Notes: generated by a model not told the origin, from the letters alone. Positions 1 through 8,906 are shown, numbered from the stretch's first letter. The stretch is 64,000 bases of DNA from a virus (IMGVR_UViG_3300026980_000004); one strand, 5' to 3'. Numbers and translations are program-made.

Positions 1-79
1 GTTCTCCATCAGAACTACGCACAACATTGTATAAATGTTCATTGCCTTGTTCGTCTGTAATTTTAAGTTCAAGTTTCAT
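1..79 (-). CDS. hypothetical protein, 5' part (runs off window)
   Basis: ATG at 79; open frame MKLELKITDEQGNEHLYNVVRSSDGE to the window edge. Confidence 0.5.
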   Translation of the reverse strand, partial: MKLELKITDEQGNEHLYNVVRSSDGE

Positions 80-139
80 ATTTAATTTGTGATTGATAAT
101 TAAGTTCATTTAATAGGTAACGCCATTTATACTTTACCT

Positions 140-271
140 TTAGCCGTAATTTTTTAATAAGCCATACCCAAACCCCATTTTACTTTTAATGTCTAAACAT
201 TCCTCATAAGTTCCTTCGAATATAACTCTCATTGTAGGACTTAATAAACTAATTACTTTATAATTATTCAT
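140..271 (-). CDS. small hypothetical protein (43 aa)
   Basis: read by hand: MNNYKVISLLSPTMRVIFEGTYEECLDIKSKMGFGYGLLKNYG; co-oriented and tightly packed with neighbours. Confidence 0.55.
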   Translation of the reverse strand: MNNYKVISLLSPTMRVIFEGTYEECLDIKSKMGFGYGLLKNYG

Positions 272-284
272 CTGTGTTATAATA

Positions 285-590
285 TTATAATTCAATTAAT
301 TCACAATGATATTCAATTGTTAATTTAGGTTCTGTAATGATATTATAATCAATCCATTTACCTTCTTTGACTAATTTGATTTTTTTTCTGTTAAATAACT
401 TTCGATTTTTTTTATTATCTTGAAGCATATTTTTAATCGTATCTTCTTTAAATTTACTATACTGAACAGGAAATAAATCTTCAACACTCAAACCAATAAT
501 ATCTCCAAGTGAAAATGGATTGGAACTCATGTCATAAAAAGAAGTGATTATTGTTTCTTCTTGATTATTTAAATATAAGTGAATTGTCAT
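285..590 (-). CDS. hypothetical protein
   Basis: 101 aa ORF in minus-strand cluster. Confidence 0.7.
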   Translation of the reverse strand: MTIHLYLNNQEETIITSFYDMSSNPFSLGDIIGLSVEDLFPVQYSKFKEDTIKNMLQDNKKNRKLFNRKKIKLVKEGKWIDYNIITEPKLTIEYHCELIEL

Positions 591-596
591 TTTATT

Positions 597-713
597 TTAA
601 TTAAAATATTCCAATATCAATTTTGTATTAATTATTAACCAGACAATAACTGTTGGTACAAATAATCTCCAAAACCATTTTTTGTTTGCGTAAATCTTTT
701 TAAATGAATTCAT
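597..713 (-). CDS. small membrane peptide (38 aa)
   Basis: MNSFKKIYANKKWFWRLFVPTVIVWLIINTKLILEYFN: basic N-terminus plus one hydrophobic helix. Confidence 0.55.
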   Translation of the reverse strand: MNSFKKIYANKKWFWRLFVPTVIVWLIINTKLILEYFN

Positions 714-839
714 AATTGTATTTTATTTAATTTAATAATTTTTTGTTATGTTATCTATTTTATATAGATATTTCCGAGTGAATAAATTCCTCAGATTAAG
801 GTTGCACAACCAACCTAATTGCTTTTGCAATCATATATT

Positions 840-903
840 CAAATATAAGCAAAAAAATATTAGAAACAAAAAAAATCCCCAAGAAATATTTTCAAAGGGT
901 TTT
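840..903 (-). promoter_or_regulatory. terminator-promoter element, variant copy
   Basis: minus strand: degenerate hairpin with U-tract, then TTTG-N19-TATATTTG (Bacteroidota -33/-7 promoter). Confidence 0.75.
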
Positions 904-1125
904 AAATTTATTCTTTGATTTTTCTAGTTTATAATCAAATAATTCAATAAATTCAATCTTTTCCTTTTTAGTAGAATTATTAAACATATTTACAATAAGA
1001 ACATCCCAATCACCGCTTTCAATCATTAGATCACGGTATGAATCAGTAAGTTCTTTAATGTTCTTTGAATTATATCCTGTATAAAGATAATCTTCAGCTT
1101 GCTTATCGTATAATCTATAGTACAT
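892..1125 (-). CDS. hypothetical protein, paralog of 4536..4778
   Basis: MYYRLYDKQ..YLYTGYNS vs MFYRLFDKQ..YMATGYNS; both end EKSKxKF. Confidence 0.8.
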   Translation of the reverse strand: MYYRLYDKQAEDYLYTGYNSKNIKELTDSYRDLMIESGDWDVLIVNMFNNSTKKEKIEFIELFDYKLEKSKNKFKTL

Positions 1126-1130
1126 TGTTA

Positions 1131-1382
1131 TTATAGAATTGAATTAAATATTATGTCTTTTTCTTTTGGATTTAAATTAATTACTTTCCATATTGCTTGT
1201 TTATGAAAAGTAGAACCGTTGAATGCCAATTTAAGAATATGTCTTATTGCATCCATATCAGATTTAAATTTATTTTTATCATCAATTTTTTGAATTTGAT
1301 AATCACCGTCTTGAGAACCCTCACAAATGAAAATACCCCAACCTTCCGATTCTGCAATTAAATTAATTTGATCTATTGACAT
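1131..1382 (-). CDS. hypothetical protein
   Basis: 83 aa ORF directly downstream of the promoter at 1409. Confidence 0.75.
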   Translation of the reverse strand: MSIDQINLIAESEGWGIFICEGSQDGDYQIQKIDDKNKFKSDMDAIRHILKLAFNGSTFHKQAIWKVINLNPKEKDIIFNSIL

Positions 1383-1408
1383 AACATAATTTGGTTGAAT
1401 TAATTATT

Positions 1409-1492
1409 CAAATATAAGCAAAAAAATATTAGAAACAAAAAAAAATCCCCAGAAACTTTCTGAGGACTTTAAATCAATCAATTTAACCTTAA
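1409..1492 (-). repeat. terminator-promoter repeat element
   Basis: hairpin TCCTCAGAAAGTTTCTGGGGA (1446-1466) plus U-tract, merging into TTTG-N19-TATATTTG. Confidence 0.9.
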
Positions 1493-1512
1493 TCAACTAT
1501 GAAAGAAAATTG

Positions 1513-1587
1513 TGGGTGCGGAGTGATTCGAACACTCGACCTTTGTCTTATGAGGACACCGCTACCAACCAACTGAGCTACGCACCC
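1513..1587 (-). tRNA. tRNA with CAT anticodon (elongator Met or Ile2)
   Basis: GGGTGCG/CGCACCC acceptor stem, D arm, CTCATAA anticodon loop, GTTCGAATC T-loop; no encoded CCA. Confidence 0.9.
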
Positions 1588-1594
1588 ATTTTAA

Positions 1595-2077
1595 TTAATA
1601 TTTACTATTTAAAATTGCATTTAAAGTTCCTTTACTTGAAATGTTAAATTTTTCCATCACTTTCTTATAACTTTTTACTTTGTTATGATATTCTTTTATT
1701 TCTTGATAATTATATTTTTTTAGAAATGAAGCTGCATGTAATGCCTTTTTTAATCTAATTTCTTCTGGGATATCATACATATTATCTGAATGTGTACCTA
1801 TTCCAATATTATCCCAAGAATTATCACTAGAGATACTATTTAAATGTCTAACTACAATACCTTCTTCGAAAATTTTATCACCAAATTTTTGATATGCTTG
1901 TAGTCTATGAAAATAGACTCTAATGCTTTTATTATGAAACCTAATTCCGAAACCTAAATATCCAGAATTTGAATATCCTTTTAATTCAATCCCTTTAGGA
2001 TTAATACATTTTCCATCATTTGTTATTCTATAACCCTTTTCATATGCAAATAATAACGCATCATTCAATTTACTCAA
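1595..2077 (-). CDS. free-standing HNH homing endonuclease
   Basis: VYFHRLQAY...VVRHLNSISSDNSWDNI...HSDNMYD HNH-type motif; lies between two tRNA genes. Confidence 0.85.
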   Translation of the reverse strand: MSKLNDALLFAYEKGYRITNDGKCINPKGIELKGYSNSGYLGFGIRFHNKSIRVYFHRLQAYQKFGDKIFEEGIVVRHLNSISSDNSWDNIGIGTHSDNMYDIPEEIRLKKALHAASFLKKYNYQEIKEYHNKVKSYKKVMEKFNISSKGTLNAILNSKY

Positions 2078-2156
2078 TTTATTTTATTTTAATCTAATTT
2101 TTATTAGTATCAAGGGCGGGACTTGAACCCGCACGAGCTATGCTCACAAGATTTTA

Positions 2157-2636
2157 CTTACTACTATTACTTTCGTAATCCGCATTTGCGTTGTAGTCTG
2201 GACTATATCTTCACCATATTTAATTTAATAAACTTAGGTGTTTCGTACATAGTCTCTGAACCTTCCTCATTTAAAGATATATACATTATCTTTATTTAGA
2301 GGCTCGGCTGCTGATTGTCCAATATCAGTTATTTTTATAACATTCACACCCGTCATTTCTAACCATGTTGTAGTTAACTGATCTCTAAGGATATTCCAGC
2401 AATTCTCGAAATTACTACCATTTAGTTTCCCAAATAGCGACCAATGTTGTTCAAGATAACGATGTAATTTTGAGTGATTATTTTTTTACCCTTTCTCTAT
2501 TATAGAGAAATACACACTCTCTACATCGTTTTCTTTCGACAACTTCATGACTCCCACAATCTACACATATTCTCATAGTATTTACATTAAAAATACTATG
2601 GTAAACACATTAAATTAATTTGAAGCCAAAAGTTTT
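2157..2636 (-). ncRNA. group I intron (480 nt)
   Basis: P GAATTGCTGGAA, Q AATCAGCAG, R GTTCAGAGACTA, S AAGATATAGTCC in order; exon U before the 5' site; terminal G; IGS UUUUG complementary to 3' exon UAAAA. Confidence 0.92.
2478..2576 (-). pseudogene. remnant of intron-encoded Zn-finger/HNH endonuclease
   Basis: MRICVDCGSHEVVERKRCRECVFLYNRERVKK*; the +1 frame continues NNHSKLHRYL... through the ribozyme core. Confidence 0.6.
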
Positions 2637-2939
2637 AGTCTTGCGTGTCTACCAATTCCACCACCCTGACATTTATCGAGACTTATTCCCGATTTTGTAT
2701 TACAAATATATACATTGTTGATTTACCAAACAAGAAATATTTTCATTTTTTTTTTATTTAAAATAGAATTTAAAAACTACTCGATCATTATTTACGAACC
2801 CTACATTCATCACGCTTCACTTTTTTTTAAGTTAAACATAAATTTAAATAACAATCAAGTAGTTAATAGTAAAATCATTGCATGGGTTTTCGACCATTTA
2901 ATTGTATTCTATTTCGCAATGATTTATTCTTTTAAATCT

Positions 2940-3155
2940 TTAATAGATATTTTCAAAACGCTTTAAAATTGGTAGTACCAACTCTTTTCTTTGCTCCAAT
3001 AAACCCTTTTCAATATATCCAAGGGGTCTCTTAGAACCATCACTCATCATAACATAATTGTTTTCGAGTTGTTCATGTGCTTCATTCCAATATGCGTTTA
3101 ATGCATTCATGATAATGCCAGATTCTAAATCATCTAACTCAATTGTTTTTTTCAT
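2940..3155 (-). CDS. hypothetical protein
   Basis: 71 aa ORF in minus-strand operon. Confidence 0.7.
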   Translation of the reverse strand: MKKTIELDDLESGIIMNALNAYWNEAHEQLENNYVMMSDGSKRPLGYIEKGLLEQRKELVLPILKRFENIY

Positions 3156-3165
3156 TTTATTTTAA

Positions 3166-4026
3166 TTAAGCTTTTTCAAATTCTTCAATCACTTTTAAAA
3201 TATCCGAACCCTTCCATTTTTTACCATCAGTTTCGTATATACCACCATAATTTTTAATAAAATTATATAAACTTTTTAAATGATTAATTTCAAAAGTCAT
3301 ACAACCAACTTTAACATTGTTGTTATCAATTTTAGTTACAGTATATCCATTAACTTTAATACCATAAGGTTTAGCCCATTTACCATTTTGGAATACTATA
3401 TCATAAGATCCACCAGTAGCATATAAAGTATTAGATTTAGAAGAATAATATAAGTAATAACCTCTTAAAGTACCTTCCACACCATCTAAATAATATATAT
3501 TACATGGTACTGAATATCTTCTTTTAGCTTCTTCAATTAAAGCTTTCTGAACTTCTTCATTAGTTGCGGGTCTAGCATATTTAAATGCTTCTTCATTACA
3601 TATACAAGTTATACCATTATGATCTAATTTTTCAACCCATTGACCATCACTAAATCCATACCCATAAACAACACCAATTTCATTTACAGAAGTACAACAA
3701 AATATTTTGTTTGGGTTATGGGTAAGTATATACCATTTACCAACTTCTGGTTTAATTGATTCTATTTCAGATGCTAATTTAAGTGCTAAATCCCAATCTT
3801 TTGGTAATTTTAAAATAGTTACATTTGGGTGATTACCGTGTATTGGATTTGAATGACAACTGTACATTCCATTACCACCATATTGATTTACTTGTATATA
3901 ATCTTCTTCAACAGAATAACTATCAATATTTTTTTGATAACCTAACGAAATTAATTCTTCGATAAAGGCTTTTTTTAATGTAAATGAACCTTCTATTGCT
4001 AATTTATTTTTAAATATTTTATTCAT
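3166..4026 (-). CDS. hypothetical protein
   Basis: 286 aa ORF. Confidence 0.8.
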   Translation of the reverse strand: MNKIFKNKLAIEGSFTLKKAFIEELISLGYQKNIDSYSVEEDYIQVNQYGGNGMYSCHSNPIHGNHPNVTILKLPKDWDLALKLASEIESIKPEVGKWYILTHNPNKIFCCTSVNEIGVVYGYGFSDGQWVEKLDHNGITCICNEEAFKYARPATNEEVQKALIEEAKRRYSVPCNIYYLDGVEGTLRGYYLYYSSKSNTLYATGGSYDIVFQNGKWAKPYGIKVNGYTVTKIDNNNVKVGCMTFEINHLKSLYNFIKNYGGIYETDGKKWKGSDILKVIEEFEKA

Positions 4027-4043
4027 TTTGTTTCGGGTCTTTC

Positions 4044-4328
4044 TTATTTTAATACTTTTAAAATATCTTCTTTTCCAATCACAATCCTCCTTAGAATCAT
4101 ACTCAATGATTTATCATTAATTTCATTAAGTAAATCAGATAATAAATTTTTATGTTTATCATCATAAGGTTCTAAGTCATCAATTAAGTAGTCATCAATA
4201 TAGTATTCAGAATTTGCACAAGGAATAAATTTTTTACCTGAATCAGTAAAACCACTACCATTTAGAACAGTTAATGTTTCACCTGTTTTAGTATTTAATA
4301 CCTTCTGATATCGTTCAAATGCTTTCAT
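4044..4328 (-). CDS. hypothetical protein
   Basis: 94 aa ORF overlapping the upstream stop. Confidence 0.7.
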   Translation of the reverse strand: MKAFERYQKVLNTKTGETLTVLNGSGFTDSGKKFIPCANSEYYIDDYLIDDLEPYDDKHKNLLSDLLNEINDKSLSMILRRIVIGKEDILKVLK

Positions 4329-4539
4329 GTGATTTTAATTTATCAATACAATATTTTAATTTCAAATAATCTTTAATCGGCATGTTAACAATACACCAAT
4401 CCGAATGGTATTTTTCAGTGAAACTTAATTCAGACGGATTAAATTCATATGAATTATTTAATTCCAAATGACTTAATATTTCCGTTACCTCAACAAATTT
4501 AACGAAAGATTCTGGATTTACAAATAAAGTAATTGTCAT
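4315..4539 (-). CDS. hypothetical protein
   Basis: 74 aa ORF, ATGA-coupled to the upstream gene. Confidence 0.7.
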   Translation of the reverse strand: MTITLFVNPESFVKFVEVTEILSHLELNNSYEFNPSELSFTEKYHSDWCIVNMPIKDYLKLKYCIDKLKSHESI

Positions 4540-4778
4540 AACAAATTTTCTTCAAACTTTCTTTTAGATTTTTCAATTACGAATTCATTAGATTCGATTT
4601 GTTTTAATTTATCTGATTTAGATAGGTTATTAAAAATTTCCAAATCCTCATCATCCCAATCAGATTCTCCAAAATAATCTGAATAACTCTCAATTAATTC
4701 ATTTAATGAAGTTGAGTTATAACCAGTTGCCATATAACGACCAGTCTGTTTGTCAAATAATCTGTAAAACATTCCCAT
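4536..4778 (-). CDS. hypothetical protein, paralog of 892..1125
   Basis: shared YRLxDKQ...TGYNS and EKSK motifs. Confidence 0.8.
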   Translation of the reverse strand: MGMFYRLFDKQTGRYMATGYNSTSLNELIESYSDYFGESDWDDEDLEIFNNLSKSDKLKQIESNEFVIEKSKRKFEENLL

Positions 4779-4798
4779 TTCATTGTTGTTTGATTAAT

Positions 4799-4860
4799 CA
4801 AATATAAACAAAAAATATTATAAACCAAAAATCCCCAAGAATTATTCAAGAGGATTTTTG
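4799..4860 (-). promoter_or_regulatory. terminator-promoter element, variant copy
   Basis: ATCCTCTTG..CTTGGGGAT hairpin plus TATATTTG -7 box. Confidence 0.75.
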
Positions 4861-4875
4861 ATTAGATATTCTATT

Positions 4876-5241
4876 TTAAACAAATTGATTGATATAATTA
4901 ATCAAATTTGGATTTTCTTTCTCAATGAATCTAATCCCATATTCGATATCTCTTGGAGAAGAAACAGCATCTGTACTATTACCCATATCATCCGTACCGA
5001 TAATTATTGCATTTGATACAATTGGATATCTCCAATCTGGATACATAAATGCACCCTGAATTGTTTCGGGTCTAAGCAAAGATTCATCATCGCAGTACAT
5101 TGCATCACCATTAGCATAACTAATAGGACAAGTAAATGTTGTACATTCATTTCCGATTGCCTCATATATGGAATCTAGTGAATTCTCAATGTTAATTTCA
5201 GTAACTGTCTGATTCTCAATGTCAATTTTGATTGCTCTCAT
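4876..5241 (-). CDS. DUF3846-like protein
   Basis: IENSLDSIYEAIG...MYCDDE.LL...IVSNAIIIGTDDMG pattern. Confidence 0.6.
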   Translation of the reverse strand: MRAIKIDIENQTVTEINIENSLDSIYEAIGNECTTFTCPISYANGDAMYCDDESLLRPETIQGAFMYPDWRYPIVSNAIIIGTDDMGNSTDAVSSPRDIEYGIRFIEKENPNLINYINQFV

Positions 5242-5308
5242 GTTGATATTTGTTTTTGATTGATTGAATGATCAAATATAAGAAAGTATCTTCGAATTTC
5301 CAAAAAAA

Positions 5309-5605
5309 TTAATTTAATAATTCAAATAAAATTGATTTTAATGCAGTCTCCAAGGTTTTATCATTGGTATTGCATGGATAGATTTCAAAATCAGGATTGT
5401 ATTCAAATAACCTATTTCCGTCCTTTGTGAAACGAACATTACCATTACTATCATCATACTTCTTATTCATCCAAACCCAAGACCATATCGTGTAATAGTC
5501 TCTTACAGATAAATCCAAATAATTTGGATAGTTTGGTAGATAAAAATCCAATACAGTCTTAATATCGGATTTCATTTGCTCTCTTACTTCTTTTGTGACT
5601 TTCAT
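5309..5605 (-). CDS. hypothetical protein, paralog of 7471..7791
   Basis: start moved to MKVTKEV because the longer ORF runs through the promoter; shared YPCNTND.TL.TAL motif. Confidence 0.8.
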   Translation of the reverse strand: MKVTKEVREQMKSDIKTVLDFYLPNYPNYLDLSVRDYYTIWSWVWMNKKYDDSNGNVRFTKDGNRLFEYNPDFEIYPCNTNDKTLETALKSILFELLN

Positions 5606-5629
5606 AACAGTTAGAATTGATTGAATGAT

Positions 5630-5695
5630 CAAATATAAGCAAAAAAATATTAGAAACAAAAAAAAATCCCCAGAAACTTTCTGAGGACTTTAAAT
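5630..5695 (-). repeat. terminator-promoter repeat element
   Basis: near-identical to the 1409 copy; hairpin 5667-5687. Confidence 0.9.
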
Positions 5696-5725
5696 GAATA
5701 AAAGTAATTAAATTTTATTTAATAT

Positions 5726-6007
5726 TTAATCCGCATTTGAACCCAAGATAGCCGCAATTACAACCCAAGCTGCAACAAAGACAAATACCAATGCTCTACC
5801 GATTTTCTGAGCCTTGGTTGGCTTATATTTATCCTTTTTCTTTTTATCATTGTCATCATCCGAAATTGAGAAGTCAAACATGGACATTGTGGGATTATCT
5901 AAATTAGATAATTCAATTAAATTTGATGATGTTTTTTCAACCATAACTGTCTTTGGGTTAAAGACCGAAATAAACAGAATTCCAATAATTGCAAATAGTT
6001 TAGTCAT
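5726..6007 (-). CDS. putative membrane protein
   Basis: hydrophobic N- and C-terminal segments with a charged linker. Confidence 0.7.
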   Translation of the reverse strand: MTKLFAIIGILFISVFNPKTVMVEKTSSNLIELSNLDNPTMSMFDFSISDDDNDKKKKDKYKPTKAQKIGRALVFVFVAAWVVIAAILGSNAD

Positions 6008-6051
6008 TTTTTTTTGTTAATTATTTTGTGTTGTATTATCAATCATATATG

Positions 6052-6134
6052 CAAATATACAAATAACATTCTAATAAACAAAAAAAATCCCCAGAAACTT
6101 TCTGAGGACTTTAAATCAATCAACTTAACCTTAA
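6052..6134 (-). repeat. terminator-promoter repeat element
   Basis: hairpin 6088-6108; TATATTTG at 6052-6059. Confidence 0.9.
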
Positions 6135-6158
6135 TTACAAAAACACAATCTTAATATT

Positions 6159-6473
6159 TTAAAATAATTTATTCCAAACATTGTTTTCTTTAATTTTAAA
6201 TGAAATATCTTCATTGAAATGTTTACATAAACTATTTTTTAAGCCGTCAATAGTTTGCCCACCTTTTCCAATGATAAGTCCAGGTCTATTTGATTCAATT
6301 AAAATAATAACATTGTTCTTGTTTTTATTTACTTTAATCGAACTAACAAAATCCAAAGGATATGTATTTTGCAGTTGATAAAAATACATATAAATTTCTC
6401 TACGATATTCTTTTGAATTAATCTCATGTGTTAATCCAAGAAGTCTTTTTAAATTATTTAAAACCATAATCAA
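6159..6473 (-). CDS. stand-alone type II KH domain protein (ribosomal protein S3 N-terminal-like)
   Basis: IILIESNRPGLIIGKGGQTIDGLK matches the uS3 RPGxxIGKxG KH loop. Confidence 0.75.
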   Translation of the reverse strand: MIMVLNNLKRLLGLTHEINSKEYRREIYMYFYQLQNTYPLDFVSSIKVNKNKNNVIILIESNRPGLIIGKGGQTIDGLKNSLCKHFNEDISFKIKENNVWNKLF

Positions 6474-6474
6474 T

Positions 6475-6876
6475 TTATTTATTCCTTATAATAATTTCCA
6501 AATCCAGACCCATTTTATTTACTTTTAATTTTAATTCATCAAGAATTTCCTCTAATGTTAGTTCCTTAACGGTACATTTATTCATATTATTTTCTTCAAT
6601 ATCGAAGAATTTATGAATTGATTGAACTGGAATATTTCCAAATGAATCTTTATCATGCGAAAATTCCCATGTATTAATACCTCCAAAGTATGTATATTCC
6701 CAATAATCAATAAGATTATTTGTGTGATCATTTGGATACGCTTTATCCAATAGTTCTTTTAACTGTTGAAAAGTACCGTTATTTTGAACAATACATTTAC
6801 CTTCTGCCAAATCTTTTACACTATAGATTTTATCATTTGAAATTAATTCATTGATTGAAACAGGTTTATATTTCAT
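6475..6876 (-). CDS. hypothetical protein
   Basis: 133 aa ORF. Confidence 0.75.
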   Translation of the reverse strand: MKYKPVSINELISNDKIYSVKDLAEGKCIVQNNGTFQQLKELLDKAYPNDHTNNLIDYWEYTYFGGINTWEFSHDKDSFGNIPVQSIHKFFDIEENNMNKCTVKELTLEEILDELKLKVNKMGLDLEIIIRNK

Positions 6877-6881
6877 TTTAA

Positions 6882-7184
6882 TTAATTTTTATTTGCCAAA
6901 TCAGATATCAATAAATTCATTGGATTATTCTCATTATCCAAATTCATATAAAAATAAAGTAACTGAGTTGCAATTTCAACTTTCGAAATTTCAGTCTCAA
7001 ATTTAAAAATATTTGACTGATTTTCTAATTCATCTAAAATGAATTCAATTCCATTTTCCCTATCCAAAATACCTTCTGGAAATGAAAGTACAAAATTGGT
7101 AAACTTTTTACCTGTCTGATAAACAAAAGTATATAATTTATTTTTGTTTACCCAAATTCCATTTCCCTGTGTTTCTCTATCCAT
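6882..7184 (-). CDS. hypothetical protein
   Basis: 100 aa ORF downstream of the promoter at 7210. Confidence 0.75.
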   Translation of the reverse strand: MDRETQGNGIWVNKNKLYTFVYQTGKKFTNFVLSFPEGILDRENGIEFILDELENQSNIFKFETEISKVEIATQLLYFYMNLDNENNPMNLLISDLANKN

Positions 7185-7209
7185 AATTTATAAGGTTTGA
7201 TTGAATAAC

Positions 7210-7271
7210 CAAATATAAGAATAAAATTGTTAATAACAAAAAAAATCCCCAGAAAATTTCTGAGGATTTTA
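7210..7271 (-). repeat. terminator-promoter repeat element
   Basis: hairpin 7246-7266; TATATTTG at 7210-7217. Confidence 0.9.
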
Positions 7272-7277
7272 ATTAAA

Positions 7278-7463
7278 TTAATTTAAATAATTACTTTCCG
7301 ATATTCTATATCTAGGATAGTCACTGGATACAGAAATTATTTCCTGAATTGAATCTTTCATTCCATAGTAAGCAGTCCACCAAATTGAAATAATTTGATT
7401 ATTATTTAATTTAACTTCTGCACTCCATGAATTTTCTAATTCATTTAACTTAATATCTTTCAT
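7278..7463 (-). CDS. hypothetical protein
   Basis: 61 aa ORF within a cassette. Confidence 0.65.
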   Translation of the reverse strand: MKDIKLNELENSWSAEVKLNNNQIISIWWTAYYGMKDSIQEIISVSSDYPRYRISESNYLN

Positions 7464-7470
7464 ATTTAAA

Positions 7471-7791
7471 TTAATTTAAAACTTGTTCAACTGCTTTTCT
7501 CAATGCTGTCAATAATGTTGCATCATTTGTATTACATGGATAAAATACAAAATCGGTATTTCTCTCCAATAACCTCTCTCCATTTTCTTTAAAATCCACA
7601 TTCGGATTTTCCTCCACAATACCGTTTATTTTGACCGTACTAGGCGAATAACGGTTTTGATATACCTTATGCCATATAGCAAACAAAACGCTCTCAGGGA
7701 ACTCTGTAATGATTCCAGAAACGTTATAATAATCCAATACCACTTTAATATCGGACTTCATAGTTTCAAATACTTCTTTTGTGACTTTCAT
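7471..7791 (-). CDS. hypothetical protein, paralog of 5309..5605
   Basis: MKVTKEV start; about 50 bp of leader and 5' end identical to the other copy. Confidence 0.8.
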   Translation of the reverse strand: MKVTKEVFETMKSDIKVVLDYYNVSGIITEFPESVLFAIWHKVYQNRYSPSTVKINGIVEENPNVDFKENGERLLERNTDFVFYPCNTNDATLLTALRKAVEQVLN

Positions 7792-7815
7792 AACAGTTAG
7801 AATTGATTGAATGAT

Positions 7816-7897
7816 CAAATATCGTAAATATAATTTTAAAAACAAAAAAAATCCCCAGAAAATTTCTGAGGACTTTTAAATATCTAAATTGATTTAA
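7816..7897 (-). repeat. terminator-promoter repeat element
   Basis: hairpin 7852-7872; -7 variant GATATTTG. Confidence 0.88.
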
Positions 7898-8854
7898 TTA
7901 AACCAATTCAAGGATTTTTCTCTTACCTCTTGGTTCTTTACCATCGTGTAATGCCTTGTAAGAATCAATTCGTTCGTTTTCGGTCTTGACAATTTGATTG
8001 AAATTTTTGACTGCCATCCCAATATTCAAATCAATTGATTTACTTGAAATAATTGAATCCGCTTTTGTGGTTTTAATCATGTCCAAGCTCATTGAATCAT
8101 GCTCTAGGATATAATTTAACCCAGCATAGGCCAAATATCTATTCATGGCCGTATAGCCCAATTCTGATGCCTCTAATTTCATTCTGTCATAAGCATCCTG
8201 AAATTTAGATGTAGGGAAAAATGTACCTTTGGTAGCCTCATAAAAGAACGGCAAAATATGTTCCTGCTTTAACTCCTGAGACTGCATTTTCTCTTGGAAT
8301 TCAAAAGCCAAATCATTATTATTTACCCAATCTTCGATCACTGGAATAAGCAAATCAAAATTTATTCCAAGCTTATTTGCATGGGTATTGATTGTATTTC
8401 TGACCTTTGCAAATACCTCATTTCCTTTGGATATTCTAGTCATGCCATTTAGACAAACCAAACGCTTAAACATTTCCACCATACCAAAAGACTGACCACC
8501 TGCAAGACCTCCGTTAATTCCTAGCATGGAACTAACTTTATCATGCAATTTTCTCTCCCCAGATTCTGTAGGAAATTCAAATCTAACTTGGTAGTTACCT
8601 CTTGCATCAATTTTGCCCGATATATCGAACTTTAAATTTCTGTCTGTAAATTCATTACCAAAAATCTCAATAATATCATTGGGTTGAGTTAATTTGAAAT
8701 TTTTGGATACAAATCCATACAATACCTTGTCATCGTTAATGACCGCCTTATCGTACCCAGATGGCAAAACAATGTTCGCATCGGATAGGACTGTTTTTGC
8801 ATTTACCAAATTTACTTTGGTTTTCAAATCAGATAGTTTGGTAGATATTACCAT
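7898..8854 (-). CDS. DUF932-family protein (paralog A)
   Basis: RLVCLNGM motif; highly similar to 12901..13854; probable start MVISTK. Confidence 0.75.
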   Translation of the reverse strand: MVISTKLSDLKTKVNLVNAKTVLSDANIVLPSGYDKAVINDDKVLYGFVSKNFKLTQPNDIIEIFGNEFTDRNLKFDISGKIDARGNYQVRFEFPTESGERKLHDKVSSMLGINGGLAGGQSFGMVEMFKRLVCLNGMTRISKGNEVFAKVRNTINTHANKLGINFDLLIPVIEDWVNNNDLAFEFQEKMQSQELKQEHILPFFYEATKGTFFPTSKFQDAYDRMKLEASELGYTAMNRYLAYAGLNYILEHDSMSLDMIKTTKADSIISSKSIDLNIGMAVKNFNQIVKTENERIDSYKALHDGKEPRGKRKILELV

Positions 8855-8906
8855 AATTTTTAGTGACTTGGTTTTGCCCCCAAGCGGGTTTTCATTTAAC
8901 ACTCTA

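Larger units (their letters stand above)
2108..2670 (-). tRNA. tRNA-Leu(UAA) split by a group I intron (exons 2637-2670 and 2108-2156)
   Basis: joined exons GTCAGGGTGGTGGAATTGGTAGACACGCAAGACT|TAAAATCTTGTGAGCATAGCTCGTGCGGGTTCAAGTCCCGCCCTTGATA form a complete type II cloverleaf. Confidence 0.92.

Noticed and set aside
1499-1576. Short plus-strand ORF after the AACCTTAA motif
   Set aside because: It is antisense to the tRNA, only about 25 codons, and has no plus-strand promoter.
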